Below the pieces are notes generated by a model. The model saw only the letters and a program-made list of their open reading frames with translations, was not told the DNA's origin and made no database searches. This document shows positions 32,030-41,244 of a stretch of DNA of 64,000 bases, piece after piece. Within the stretch, counting starts at the first letter, position 1; the number at the start of each line of letters is the position of its first letter. The translations under genes were made by a program, and so were the position numbers. Source of the DNA: Chamaesiphon sp. (GTDB lineage: Bacteria > Cyanobacteriota > Cyanobacteriia > Cyanobacteriales > Chamaesiphonaceae); contig CBDFFH010000053.1 of assembly GCA_965246715.1 (NCBI GenBank), positions 27,306 through 91,305 on the forward strand, given 5' to 3'.

Positions 32030-32100
32030 TTAATTTAGTTGTCGGTTATTGCTTGTTAGTCATTGGCGACCACTTTCGTAATTCATAATTTATATTTATA

Positions 32101-33270
32101 TTGGCGACTCAAACCAAAACCATCTTCATTAGCACTGGAGACGTATCTGGCGATCTTCAGGGTGCGTTACTGATTACTGCACTCAAACAACTATCCCAAA
32201 AACTAGAGATCGAACTAAATATCGTCGCTCTCGGTGGCGATCGCATGGCCGCAGCGGGGGCAAACATCCTCGTTGAAACTGTGTCGATTAGTGCGATGGG
32301 TGCGTGGGAATTGTTGCCTTATATCGCACCCACGATTCGAGTTCAGAACATCGCTAAAAAGTATTTAAAAACCACTCGACCGGATGCGATCGTGTTGATC
32401 GATTACATGGCTCCCAATGTGAGTATCGGCAACTACGCTCAAAAGGTATTTCCCGATGTACCGATTACTTATTATATTGCGCCGCAAGAATGGGTCTGGG
32501 CTACTGAAGAAAAAAATAGTAGTAAGATTGTCAAATTCAGCGATGAAATCATGTCGATTTTCCCGGCTGAAGCACGATTTTTTGCCGACAAAGGTGCCAA
32601 TGTCAAGTATGTAGGGCATCCGCTAATCGATCGAGTTATTAAGATTCCTAGTCGCGACTCCGCGCGTGAAAGCTTGGGTATCGCTAATGATGAAACAGCG
32701 ATTGCCTTAATTCCCGCCTCGCGGAAGCAAGAACTCAAATATCTGCTGCCCTTCATCTTTCAATCCGCCCAGCAACTTCAGGCAAAATTGCCAAATGTCA
32801 GATTTTGGATTCCACTTTCCCGTGCTGCTTTTCAAGCGGAGATCGAACTCGCAATAGCTACATATGAATTAAATGCTACTTTAGTTGTCGATCGACCGGA
32901 TTTAGTCCTAGCTGCTGCCGATTTAGCAATTACTAAGTGCGGGACTGTGAGTTTGGAATTAGCATTATTAAATGTGCCGCAAGTTGTTATTTATCGAGTC
33001 AGCAAGCTCACTGCGTGGATCGCTAAAAACATCATGAATTTTTCAATTCCCTTCATGTCACCAGTGAACTTAATCGACATGAAAGCAATCGTGCCCGAGC
33101 TACTGCAAGATGAAGCCAGTGCCGATCGAATTACTGCTGAAAGTCTCGAATTGCTGTTGAATTCCGAACGACGAGATCAAATGCTAACCGATTACGCTCA
33201 GATGCGACTAGCATTAGGGGAACCGGGTGTTTGCGATCGTGTCGCCCAAGCAATCTTAGCTAAACTTTAG
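32101..33270 (+). CDS. lpxB: Lipid-A-disaccharide synthase
   Basis: STGDVSGD, YYIAPQEWVW, VGHPL, PASRKQE, GTVSLE, VPELLQ. Confidence 0.95.
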   Translation: MATQTKTIFISTGDVSGDLQGALLITALKQLSQKLEIELNIVALGGDRMAAAGANILVETVSISAMGAWELLPYIAPTIRVQNIAKKYLKTTRPDAIVLIDYMAPNVSIGNYAQKVFPDVPITYYIAPQEWVWATEEKNSSKIVKFSDEIMSIFPAEARFFADKGANVKYVGHPLIDRVIKIPSRDSARESLGIANDETAIALIPASRKQELKYLLPFIFQSAQQLQAKLPNVRFWIPLSRAAFQAEIELAIATYELNATLVVDRPDLVLAAADLAITKCGTVSLELALLNVPQVVIYRVSKLTAWIAKNIMNFSIPFMSPVNLIDMKAIVPELLQDEASADRITAESLELLLNSERRDQMLTDYAQMRLALGEPGVCDRVAQAILAKL

Positions 33271-33314
33271 ATAGATTCGCCGCTAGCTATTCGATCCGAG
33301 CGCGATCGTAATTA

Positions 33315-33521
33315 TTATTTGCGGTAATCTGCATCGAGCCAGCATAATGGCAAGCTCTCCCCAGAAGGAAAAATCAGACTTTGTTTTTGAATTGATTCGG
33401 GGTCTTGTTCTTCTTGACCGTCTTGAACCCGTACCATGATTTTGTCATGAGCGGGACTGATAACTTCCTGAAGATCGAGGATTTCGACTAAAGTACCATT
33501 TTCTTTGTTCTGTAATAACAT
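33315..33521 (-). CDS. Small conserved cyanobacterial hypothetical protein
   Basis: MLLQNKENGTLVEI..GQEEQDPE..LIFPSGESLP.CW.D. Confidence 0.75.
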   Translation of the reverse strand: MLLQNKENGTLVEILDLQEVISPAHDKIMVRVQDGQEEQDPESIQKQSLIFPSGESLPLCWLDADYRK

Positions 33522-33689
33522 ATTACTTGTAGTTGATAGATTGAATATTATTCTCAGTTGAGGCGACAAATCCCCTACTTTTAGACCGATAGAAATGATC
33601 GCGCTCGTTGCTCTAGATCGAGCTAATCCAACCGCTTGGCGATTAACTCGATCTAATAACCGTTACCAAAAAGAGCGGATATTATTTGG

Positions 33690-34217
33690 TTAGGAACCAG
33701 TAACATTCATCTGTTCGTCAGTAACGGTCGGCGGCTCAACGCCCATGTTTGCTACAAAGTCACGTAAAACAGTAATTTGCTCGGAATATTCGATCGCTTG
33801 GAGTTGCTCCATACACTTAACACCTGCTGGCTCTAAGGTATAATCTGCGGGCATGGGCACGATCTTGGTTTCATCCATTCCTTGAGCGAGGAGATACCAA
33901 AACAGTAATTTGGTCGTGTTGCTCAATGCACCGTATTCGTGACCAGTGACGCAATCTTTCCGCTCTACTAGGTCGCGTTGCACCTGAAGTTGTTCTTCAT
34001 GGCTCATCTGAGCAACCTGTCCGAACAAACCTTCAGCGATCGCTGGAGATGCAGTACTAGCTCCAGGTGCGGCAGGGGTAATGGATTTACCAATTTCTTT
34101 GTAAAGGTACCACAGCAATGCAAGCTTTGTATCTGTCGATAACGCTTCAAATGCTGAAGTTATTTCCTGGTGTACGTCAGTAGTAATAGATGTCAAAATA
34201 GTTCTCCAACTCGTCAC
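33690..34217 (-). CDS. Helical carotenoid protein (HCP, OCP N-terminal domain homolog)
   Basis: LALLWYLY..ITPAAPG, EQLQVQRDL, YGALS..KLLFWY.LAQGM, QITVLR..V..MG; no NTF2 domain. Confidence 0.9.
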   Translation of the reverse strand: MTSWRTILTSITTDVHQEITSAFEALSTDTKLALLWYLYKEIGKSITPAAPGASTASPAIAEGLFGQVAQMSHEEQLQVQRDLVERKDCVTGHEYGALSNTTKLLFWYLLAQGMDETKIVPMPADYTLEPAGVKCMEQLQAIEYSEQITVLRDFVANMGVEPPTVTDEQMNVTGS

Positions 34218-34273
34218 AAATCAGTATATTCATTCATTTAGACGATCGCGACTAACTTTAGAGAGATACACTC

Positions 34274-34291
34274 ATCTGTCCAAAGACAGAT
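34274..34291. promoter_or_regulatory. Palindromic operator upstream of HCP
   Basis: Perfect dyad ATCTGTC-CAAA-GACAGAT; related copies at 34351-34368, 34415-34432 and 39477-39494. Confidence 0.6.
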
Positions 34292-34517
34292 TCATAAATA
34301 ACTATTTTATAATTAACTATAAGTAATTATATTCTGAATGTTGAAATAGTATTCATCTAATAAGAGATTTTCTTTCTTCGTAGCTATAATAACTGGTTAG
34401 ATATGCTAAATTCAATTCCACGATCGACAGATAAAATAGCATTAATTTAGATTGAAAGTTAATAATTTTAATCCAATTTAAAAAAATCACAATGGATCTC
34501 CTGAGTATAATTTAATC

Positions 34518-34922
34518 ATGCAAACTACCTCTTTCCCAATATTTATCAAAAATATTCAGGAACCGATCGTTTATAATTATTTTTCAGGTCTAAACGAACA
34601 TGATTTTGATGGAGTTTCCGAACTTTTTGCAGTAGATGGTTGGCTTCACCCACCTTTTGAAAAAGTAATTAGTGGTAGAGAGGCAATCTGCAAGTATTTA
34701 CAAGTCGAAGCTAGAGGGGTTGAGGCTTTCCCAGAATCCGGCACGATTGTCGCCAATGCTGATGGTGCAACGGTCTATCAAATTGCTGGTAACGTCAAAC
34801 TCAGCTTATTTATAATTAATGTGGGGTGGTCGATCGAGTTGAATGCCGATCGAGAAATTGCGGCGGTAAAGGTAAACCTGCTGGCGGAGTTACAAGATCT
34901 ATTGCCGCTCAAGCGTGGCTGA
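34518..34922 (+). CDS. OCP C-terminal domain homolog (CTDH, NTF2-like)
   Basis: I.EP.V..YF..LN, LF..DG.L.PPF...I.GREAI..YL..EA, V.W...LN, LLA.LQDLL; divergent from HCP. Confidence 0.85.
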   Translation: MQTTSFPIFIKNIQEPIVYNYFSGLNEHDFDGVSELFAVDGWLHPPFEKVISGREAICKYLQVEARGVEAFPESGTIVANADGATVYQIAGNVKLSLFIINVGWSIELNADREIAAVKVNLLAELQDLLPLKRG

Positions 34923-34929
34923 GGAGCCA

Positions 34930-35514
34930 TTAGATTTTTTCAAACAGGTCGAGCCGATATTTTGGATTTCGGTCAGCTTGGATATGGTGAAGTTGGGTCG
35001 GCGCAAATTCTAGAAACGATTCGTGGACTTCATCGCCAGTGAGGGGATAATCTGGCGATCGCGGTAACCAATGCACCAACAGGAGGTTTCCACCTGGTTC
35101 GAGCAATTCGAGGATGCGCTGCTGGGCTAGTTGGAGGTCGGCGGGGCACCAGTAGTAACCTACTTCCGAGACTAAAATCAGGTCAAATTTGGTTTGGGGG
35201 GACTGGTGGGGAAAGTTCATCAGTTCGAAGCTAACATGCGGGAGCTGCTGACATCGTTCGATCGCTTGGTCTTGCGCGAGTTTGGCGACATCGAGCGATA
35301 GTAAGGTATCGCAGGCTGGTGCGAGTTTTTCGGTGAGTACGCCGATCGATCCGCCGATTTCTAGTGCGGAACGGTAGTGAGGTTTGGGTAAGGCGGCAAT
35401 TGTTGCGGCGTATTTCTGGGTTTCGTATTCGCTAGTGGCAAATTTCCACGGATCGGGGTCGGTTTGGTAGATGGCTTCGAAGTAGCTGGCGGGTAGGGAT
35501 TGGGACGGTTTCAT
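34930..35514 (-). CDS. NodS-like SAM-dependent methyltransferase
   Basis: YF..Y..DPDPW.F.TSEYE..KY, LEIGGSIG, SEVGYY, LVHW..DYPLTGDEVH. Confidence 0.9.
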   Translation of the reverse strand: MKPSQSLPASYFEAIYQTDPDPWKFATSEYETQKYAATIAALPKPHYRSALEIGGSIGVLTEKLAPACDTLLSLDVAKLAQDQAIERCQQLPHVSFELMNFPHQSPQTKFDLILVSEVGYYWCPADLQLAQQRILELLEPGGNLLLVHWLPRSPDYPLTGDEVHESFLEFAPTQLHHIQADRNPKYRLDLFEKI

Positions 35515-35582
35515 GTGGTTGATTTGGGGGACTTATTGTGAGTTGTGGGGTTTTTCTGAGGCTATTGGTGGGGTAGAACCCA

Positions 35583-35655
35583 GATCTGGGGGGTAAACCC
35601 CCCAGATCCCCCACTGGGGGCCGACGGCTTCCCCCAGACCCCCTCCCAAGGGGTC
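35583..35655. repeat. GC-rich palindromic repeat cluster
   Basis: Perfect hairpin GATCTGGGGGG-TAAA-CCCCCCAGATC plus further CTGGGGG/CCCCCAG arms. Confidence 0.65.
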
Positions 35656-35721
35656 AAGTAGTGGGAGTCGGTGATTCTAATGAGGGGATTTTTTCTAAAG
35701 TCTAAAGATCGATCTCTAATT

Positions 35722-35862
35722 TAACGTCAGTTTGGGCTAAGTAAATTGCTACAACCTAATGATATCCGTACTTTTGAGGGATTTAATCCTCAGTATCAAC
35801 TCACCCCTTACTAATAACATTTGCACTTCTTAACGATAGATTCTTATCCCGAACTGACGTTA
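35722..35862. mobile_element. 141-bp MITE
   Basis: IRs TAACGTCAGTTTGGGCTAAG / CTTATCCCGAACTGACGTTA (18/20 match). Confidence 0.75.
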
Positions 35863-35947
35863 CTTTAGGTGGACATCGATCGCCAACTAGGTTTCAACCG
35901 AAGTCTGGAATCTTGGTTGGTATCCTAAATAGCAATTTTTATCTCCG

Positions 35948-36703
35948 TCAGACAGTGGCTTCTAGATAAATTTCCCAAGGTTGGGTAAAGTTGCCGAGCA
36001 TTTCTGGTGAGAGCCGAAATCCTGTCGGATCGTCGTCGATCAGGTCGGTGGTTTGCGATCGATAGGCGGCGATTGCTTGCTGTTTGAGATCGATAACCGG
36101 GGAGATGTCCAAGCGCCAAGGGTTGATGATGCCTTCAGCGATCGCTCGGCGTTGATTTCGATCCCAATCCCAGATTGGATACTCGATCGTTCTGGGGGCG
36201 AAGGGGCAGCGCGCTAGTGCGGCGGTTACGATCTGCCAGGTGGCACGGTGATCGGGATGCGGATCGTTGCGCCACGGTAGTAATACTAGCTGGGGCGTGG
36301 TTGCGGCTAAATAGGCATGGCACACAGCGGCAGCGGCGTTAAAGTTGGTCTCTTCAGCAGCGGGGACGGCACTGTCGGGAAGTTGCATGAAGGTAATCTC
36401 GGATTTTGGCACGCCCAATAGTGCCATTGCCGATCGGGTTTCATTTTTTCGCAATTGTTGTAAGGCAGGTGCGGGATATTTGCGAGAGTTGGGATGGGAC
36501 TGCGAGCCGTCGCTGATGACGAGGATACGGACTTTACAGCCGCGAGCTGTGAGGAGAGCGATCGCGCCAGCGCAGCCGAGTGTTTCATCGTCGGGATGCG
36601 GGGCGACAACTAGGACGCGATCGGTTGCCATGTCGGAAATCGATCGGAGTGGTAAAGTGTGGGGCTGGGCGAGCGGCGAGCGCGGGAGATTAATCAGGTT
36701 CAT
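35948..36703 (-). CDS. PIG-L/LmbE family deacetylase
   Basis: APHPDDETLG, SDGSQSHP, DPHPDH; ATG at 36703 overlaps the upstream gene's stop. Confidence 0.92.
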   Translation of the reverse strand: MNLINLPRSPLAQPHTLPLRSISDMATDRVLVVAPHPDDETLGCAGAIALLTARGCKVRILVISDGSQSHPNSRKYPAPALQQLRKNETRSAMALLGVPKSEITFMQLPDSAVPAAEETNFNAAAAVCHAYLAATTPQLVLLPWRNDPHPDHRATWQIVTAALARCPFAPRTIEYPIWDWDRNQRRAIAEGIINPWRLDISPVIDLKQQAIAAYRSQTTDLIDDDPTGFRLSPEMLGNFTQPWEIYLEATV

Positions 36704-37934
36704 GCCAGGTAATAGAGCGGTGCTGAGGCCGAGTGAGGGTGTATTTGGCAACGGATTGAAGGGAGCTATCGAAACCGGGCTGGCGCAGGTAGAGGGTGAG
36801 GTCGCGAATGATGCGCTCCATGGGGTAAGGCGGCATCAGACCCCGCGTACCGACACAGCGTTCGCACGATTGAATTGTTTCCATACAGATTTGCTCGATT
36901 GCGGTGCGCGCCATGTTGATATATGCCAACAATCGCTCGCAATTAGGGTGCTGCCGATCGGGATTGCCGCCAAATGTCGGCGCATAATCGGCGATGATTT
37001 TGGCTGCGCCTTTGAGCCAGAGATTGCCACTTTCAATCGCGATCGCCATTTGTGCGACCCGAGTTTCTTGATAAGGATCTTTGGTGCGATTGAGACTGTG
37101 GAGATATTGCCGAGTGAGATCGAACAATGCCTCAGCGCCACCCAACTGGACGGCGGCAAACCGAATCGAGCCGACGGTCAACCAGGGCTGACGGTTGTAG
37201 TCTTCTGCTTCACCGATCGCCGCCTCAGCATCGAGTTCGACATTGCTAAAATCGATTTTATGGCTGGCGGTGGCGCGCATCCCTGAAGGCTGCCACCAAT
37301 CGGCATTGCTACAAGTTTCGACCCGATCCATCGGGACGATGCACATTTGCCACCCGCCGCCTGGTAATGCCCCATTGACGAATGGTCGATCGACATAACC
37401 CGCGCCCGAACAAAACGTTTTACTACCTTGGAGTTGATAGCCGCCATTTTCGAGCGGGGTCACTTTGAGACCATCTTCGGCTTCGGCGTTCCATACCCCA
37501 AATATTTTGTGACGATCGCGAGCGTCGGCTGCGTAGCGGTCGATCTGCTCGGGCGTACCAAAAGTTTGGACGAGCTGAAGAGCATTAATATGCCCTTCAT
37601 AGAGCCGTCCCACGGCCAGATTGCCCCAACCGATCTTTTTCAACAGTACCAATGTTTCATGCGTCAGACTGGCATCGATCCCCAAGCCCAACCCTCCTAA
37701 CTCTGGCATCAAGGGTACAGCCAACAGTCCAGCTGCTGCAATCCGATCGAACTCCCACACCGGGAAAGACCCCTGACAGTCGATCGTGGCCGCATTCGCC
37801 GCACAATAATCGGCAATCTCAGTCGCCGAGGCAAAGCATTCTGCTAATGCTAAACAGGTTGAAGCGCTCCGTTGCGCCGCATAAGCGCGATCGAGCCGCA
37901 ACAGGCTGTGAATACTTTCTGGTACAAATGTCAT
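36690..37934 (-). CDS. Acyl-CoA dehydrogenase-like flavoprotein
   Basis: GRLYEGHINA, GVWNAE, GSKTFCSGAG, GMRATAS, RDLTLYLRQP. Confidence 0.88.
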   Translation of the reverse strand: MTFVPESIHSLLRLDRAYAAQRSASTCLALAECFASATEIADYCAANAATIDCQGSFPVWEFDRIAAAGLLAVPLMPELGGLGLGIDASLTHETLVLLKKIGWGNLAVGRLYEGHINALQLVQTFGTPEQIDRYAADARDRHKIFGVWNAEAEDGLKVTPLENGGYQLQGSKTFCSGAGYVDRPFVNGALPGGGWQMCIVPMDRVETCSNADWWQPSGMRATASHKIDFSNVELDAEAAIGEAEDYNRQPWLTVGSIRFAAVQLGGAEALFDLTRQYLHSLNRTKDPYQETRVAQMAIAIESGNLWLKGAAKIIADYAPTFGGNPDRQHPNCERLLAYINMARTAIEQICMETIQSCERCVGTRGLMPPYPMERIIRDLTLYLRQPGFDSSLQSVAKYTLTRPQHRSITWHEPD

Positions 37935-38001
37935 AGTTAATCATCTCCATCCTCGGCAGCTTGCCATCGGGGTTGGTGCTGCAATTTGTATTTTCTTTTC
38001 T

Positions 38002-39393
38002 TTATTGATGCAACACCGGTTGCACTTGACTGGCGCGGTGCTGCTTTTTGGCATTAACGTTTTGGTGCAACCGCTGTGCTGTTGATTCTTCACAACCGCT
38101 AACGCGCAGGGAACGGGACTCGGGCAAGCTTTGTCTGACTCTACCTGGAGGTAATTCAACTGAGGTAGGTCGCGGAGATCGCAATTCTTGCAGCCGCACT
38201 GTCAGATCGGCGATCGCTTGTTCGAGGCTAACTAACGGCCACTGCTGCTGCCAAATGCCCTCTTGCTGCTGTCGGGCTTCGATCCGCTCGAATAAGAGGT
38301 CGAAAGACTGAGGTTGCTTCAATTCGACACATAACCAATGCGCATCAACGCCCAATATATTGGCGTATAAATTCACATCCATTACCGTATGCTGATAGCC
38401 ATTCAAAACTCGCTGCCACAATTCGCGTAATTGCCGACGGGCTTGAAATCGAGCCTCGATCGCGGCCGCTGATTCTACTAAAAATGGCTGCTGTTGTTGA
38501 CCCATTACCGCCCACTCATTCAATTGTGCGGCAAAGCCCCCTGCCGTGCGTACTGTTTGTCGTGCTGATGTCGTAACCTGCACCAACGGACTATGTCTAA
38601 ATCGCGCGCCGACTCTGAGTAGCGATCGATAAAATGCGACATCTTCAGGCGTGCGGACGGCTGGCATCCCCCCAGCTTTTCGATACATTTGGGCGGTGAC
38701 AGCCAAGCTCGCGCCATAATGCTGTGCGTGGCGCGGCCAGCGATCGTGGGGATTGCCATCGATCTGCGACTCCAACTCGACGATCGATTGATGATAGTAA
38801 TCACCCCGCAAATAACGCATTTTTACCTGCGGATCTAATGTCTCACAACCGATTGGATCGGCGATGATTCTGCCCCCGACGGCATCTACGCCCTTTGATA
38901 GCTCCAGCAATGTAGCGGCAATCCACACAGATGATACCTGGGTATCCCCATCGGTAGAGGCAATGACCCCACGCTTGCTACCCACCCCAGTCAAGCTCAG
39001 TCCCGCCAATCGATAATACGCTTCGTCCATCAACATTTGACGGACGCGACCGATATAAGCTTGTGAAGGCGGCAAAACTCGCTCGATTATGTGCAGTTGA
39101 AAGTCTGGATGCTGCCGCGCAAATCGTCTGGCGATCGCCACAGAATCATCGGTACAGTTATTAGCTAGCAAGATAACTTCGTAGCGGTTAAAATCTAGCG
39201 ATCGACCTTGTAAATCGACTTGATTTGCTAAAGCATTCAGGCAAGATTCGAGTAATTCTGCCTCGTTGCGAACTGGAACGATGACGCATACCTCACATTG
39301 CGGTAGTGGCGGCGACTGAATTAAAGTACTATAAAATTCTGCTGGTAATAATTCGGGTTTAATAACTACGTGAGGCTTAGAGCTATACTTCAT
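38002..39393 (-). CDS. Glycosyltransferase family 2
   Basis: VIVPVRNE, NNCTDDS, STDGD, GASLAV, GG..ED, TSAR. Confidence 0.9.
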   Translation of the reverse strand: MKYSSKPHVVIKPELLPAEFYSTLIQSPPLPQCEVCVIVPVRNEAELLESCLNALANQVDLQGRSLDFNRYEVILLANNCTDDSVAIARRFARQHPDFQLHIIERVLPPSQAYIGRVRQMLMDEAYYRLAGLSLTGVGSKRGVIASTDGDTQVSSVWIAATLLELSKGVDAVGGRIIADPIGCETLDPQVKMRYLRGDYYHQSIVELESQIDGNPHDRWPRHAQHYGASLAVTAQMYRKAGGMPAVRTPEDVAFYRSLLRVGARFRHSPLVQVTTSARQTVRTAGGFAAQLNEWAVMGQQQQPFLVESAAAIEARFQARRQLRELWQRVLNGYQHTVMDVNLYANILGVDAHWLCVELKQPQSFDLLFERIEARQQQEGIWQQQWPLVSLEQAIADLTVRLQELRSPRPTSVELPPGRVRQSLPESRSLRVSGCEESTAQRLHQNVNAKKQHRASQVQPVLHQ

Positions 39394-39721
39394 CGCAAGT
39401 TGTTGCAGGTTTAATGCCGTCTCTAAAATTTACATTGTCAACTTCATTAAAACTATCAATTTGCGGCAAAATATAAATCTACCTTTTGGACGATTAAGCC
39501 CCTAGTTAATTTCATTCATGTCAAAATCTCGCGGTTGACAACAATTTATAGTGGATAACTAACTAGCAATTAGATTAGATCGAGCCAAACAATTGAGTTT
39601 CATGACTAAAGATGTGTCCAGCACGCTCTGCTCGACATAAATTTGCAATGCTGAAGACGATCGATCTCTATCCGACTATTGCATCGATTAAATCCGAATA
39701 ATTCATGAATATTGAGATTCG

Positions 39722-39763
39722 GTAACATAAGCTACCAAATCACCGACTCGTTACCGTTAACTT
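39722..39763 (+). promoter_or_regulatory. Canonical NtcA-activated promoter of nirA
   Basis: GTA-ACATAAGC-TAC (39722-39735), 22-nt spacer, TAACTT -10 box (39758-39763); AT-N11-AT NtcB-like site at 39698-39712. Confidence 0.88.
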
Positions 39764-39832
39764 ATGATACACAAGGTTAATTTTCACTAAATACTCAATC
39801 TGTGCAGCGTAAAGCTAGCAAGGATTTCAGTC

Positions 39833-40227
39833 ATGACTACCGCCACACCTGCCACCCAGAATAAGTTTGAGCGACTCAAATCAGAGAAAGACGGACTCGC
39901 GCTCAAAGCCGAGTTAGAAGACTTTGCACGGATTGGCTGGGAAGCGATGGATGAAACCGATCGCGAGCATCGGTTAAAGTGGTTGGGCGTATTTTTCCGT
40001 CCCGTGACTCCAGGGAAATTTATGATGCGGTTGCGCTTTCCCAGCGGGATTACCAATAGTGCACAACTGCGCGTGTTGGGCGATATTATCCAACGTTATG
40101 GCGACGAAGGTACTGCCGATGTTACCACTCGCCAAAACGTTCAATTGCGCGGCATTCGGATCGAGGACTTACCGGAAATCTTCCGCAAAATGGCAGCGGT
40201 GGGACTGACGAGCATCCAGTCGGGAAT
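39833..40227 (+). pseudogene. nirA: Ferredoxin-nitrite reductase, truncated after about 131 codons
   Basis: NKFERLKSEKDG, RLKWLG, FMMRLR, DVTTRQNVQLRG, LTSIQSG; the expected MDNVRN is replaced by IS110 sequence. Confidence 0.9.
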
Positions 40228-41085
40228 ACAGTCACATCAGTGGCACCACCGGGCTAGCCATCATTCGTGCCATCGTCGCTGGGGAACGAGACTTGCACAA
40301 ACTCGCTGCCCTTAAAGATTTCCGCATTTCATGCGAGTACCGATGAAATTGCGGCTGCACTGAAAGGGGACTACCGAGGAGAACTGGTGTTTGTGCTCGC
40401 TCAAGAACTCCAACTCTACGAGGTCTTTCAGGCGCAAATTGCCGCTTGTGATGTTCAAATTGAGCAGTGCTTGAGCCAGTTTTCTGACCAAGTTGATCTC
40501 ACCACCGCACCCCTGCCACCCTCGAAACGACGAGGCAAAAAACAACCGGGTAATGCGCCCAACTTCGACTTGCGTACCCATTTGTACCGCATCAGTGGGG
40601 TAGACTTCACTTAAATTGATGGGGTTGGGGTGTTAACTGTGCTCACACTGCTGTCTGAGTTAGGCTTAGACCCATCCTGCTTTCCTTCAGTCAAGCATTT
40701 CGCTTCCTGGTTGGGGCTATGTCCTGGCTCTCGCATTACGGGTGGCAAGCGCAAAAGCTCCAAAACTCGACAAGTCGCCAATCGCGTTGCCACCGCTCTC
40801 CGAATAGCCGCCCAAACCCTCGTTCGCTCTCATTCTGCACTCGGCGCTTTCTATCGTCGGATGCAAGCCCGTATGGGTTCTCCCAAAGCTATTACAGCCA
40901 CTGCTCACAAACTCGCACGCATCTTTTACCATTTGTGGACATCTGGGGATGCTTTTGTTGACCCAGGCATCGATGCTGATGAACAGCAGTACCAAGAACG
41001 GGTTGTCAAGAATCTCAAGAAAAAGGCTAGGGCGCTTGGCTTTGACCTGATTCCTCAGACCACATCCCCAGAGTGTGTTTCTTAG
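40228..41085 (+). mobile_element. IS110-family transposase remnant
   Basis: 5'-truncated. ISGTTGLAIIRAIVAGERD, frameshift near 40329, TAA at 40612, then FPSVKHFASWLGLCPG..ITGGK, AITATAHKLAR. Confidence 0.88.
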
Positions 41086-41244
41086 GAGTTAACCCTTTGA
41101 AGTGCCTTCAGAACGGTCCGGGTGCTTTAATTGCTGAAGGTTGCGGGTAATGCGTCATGGGACAGCCATTTTTCACAAGGAGAATGGCTGAGAATCTAGT
41201 GTGGGAGTTGTTGTTGGTTAGAGGTCATGGCAGCAAAGACCCCC

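Noticed and set aside
36345..37286. 313-aa plus-strand ORF and similar antisense ORFs over ftsH, rne and the surface genes
   Set aside because: Shadow frames of well-supported genes with no motifs
1..40227. Dense CGATCG/GCGATCGC repeats as a special array
   Set aside because: Dispersed HIP1-type genome signature, not a local element
39833..40315. 160-aa NirA ORF with a novel His-rich tail
   Set aside because: The tail is out-of-frame IS110 sequence past the junction
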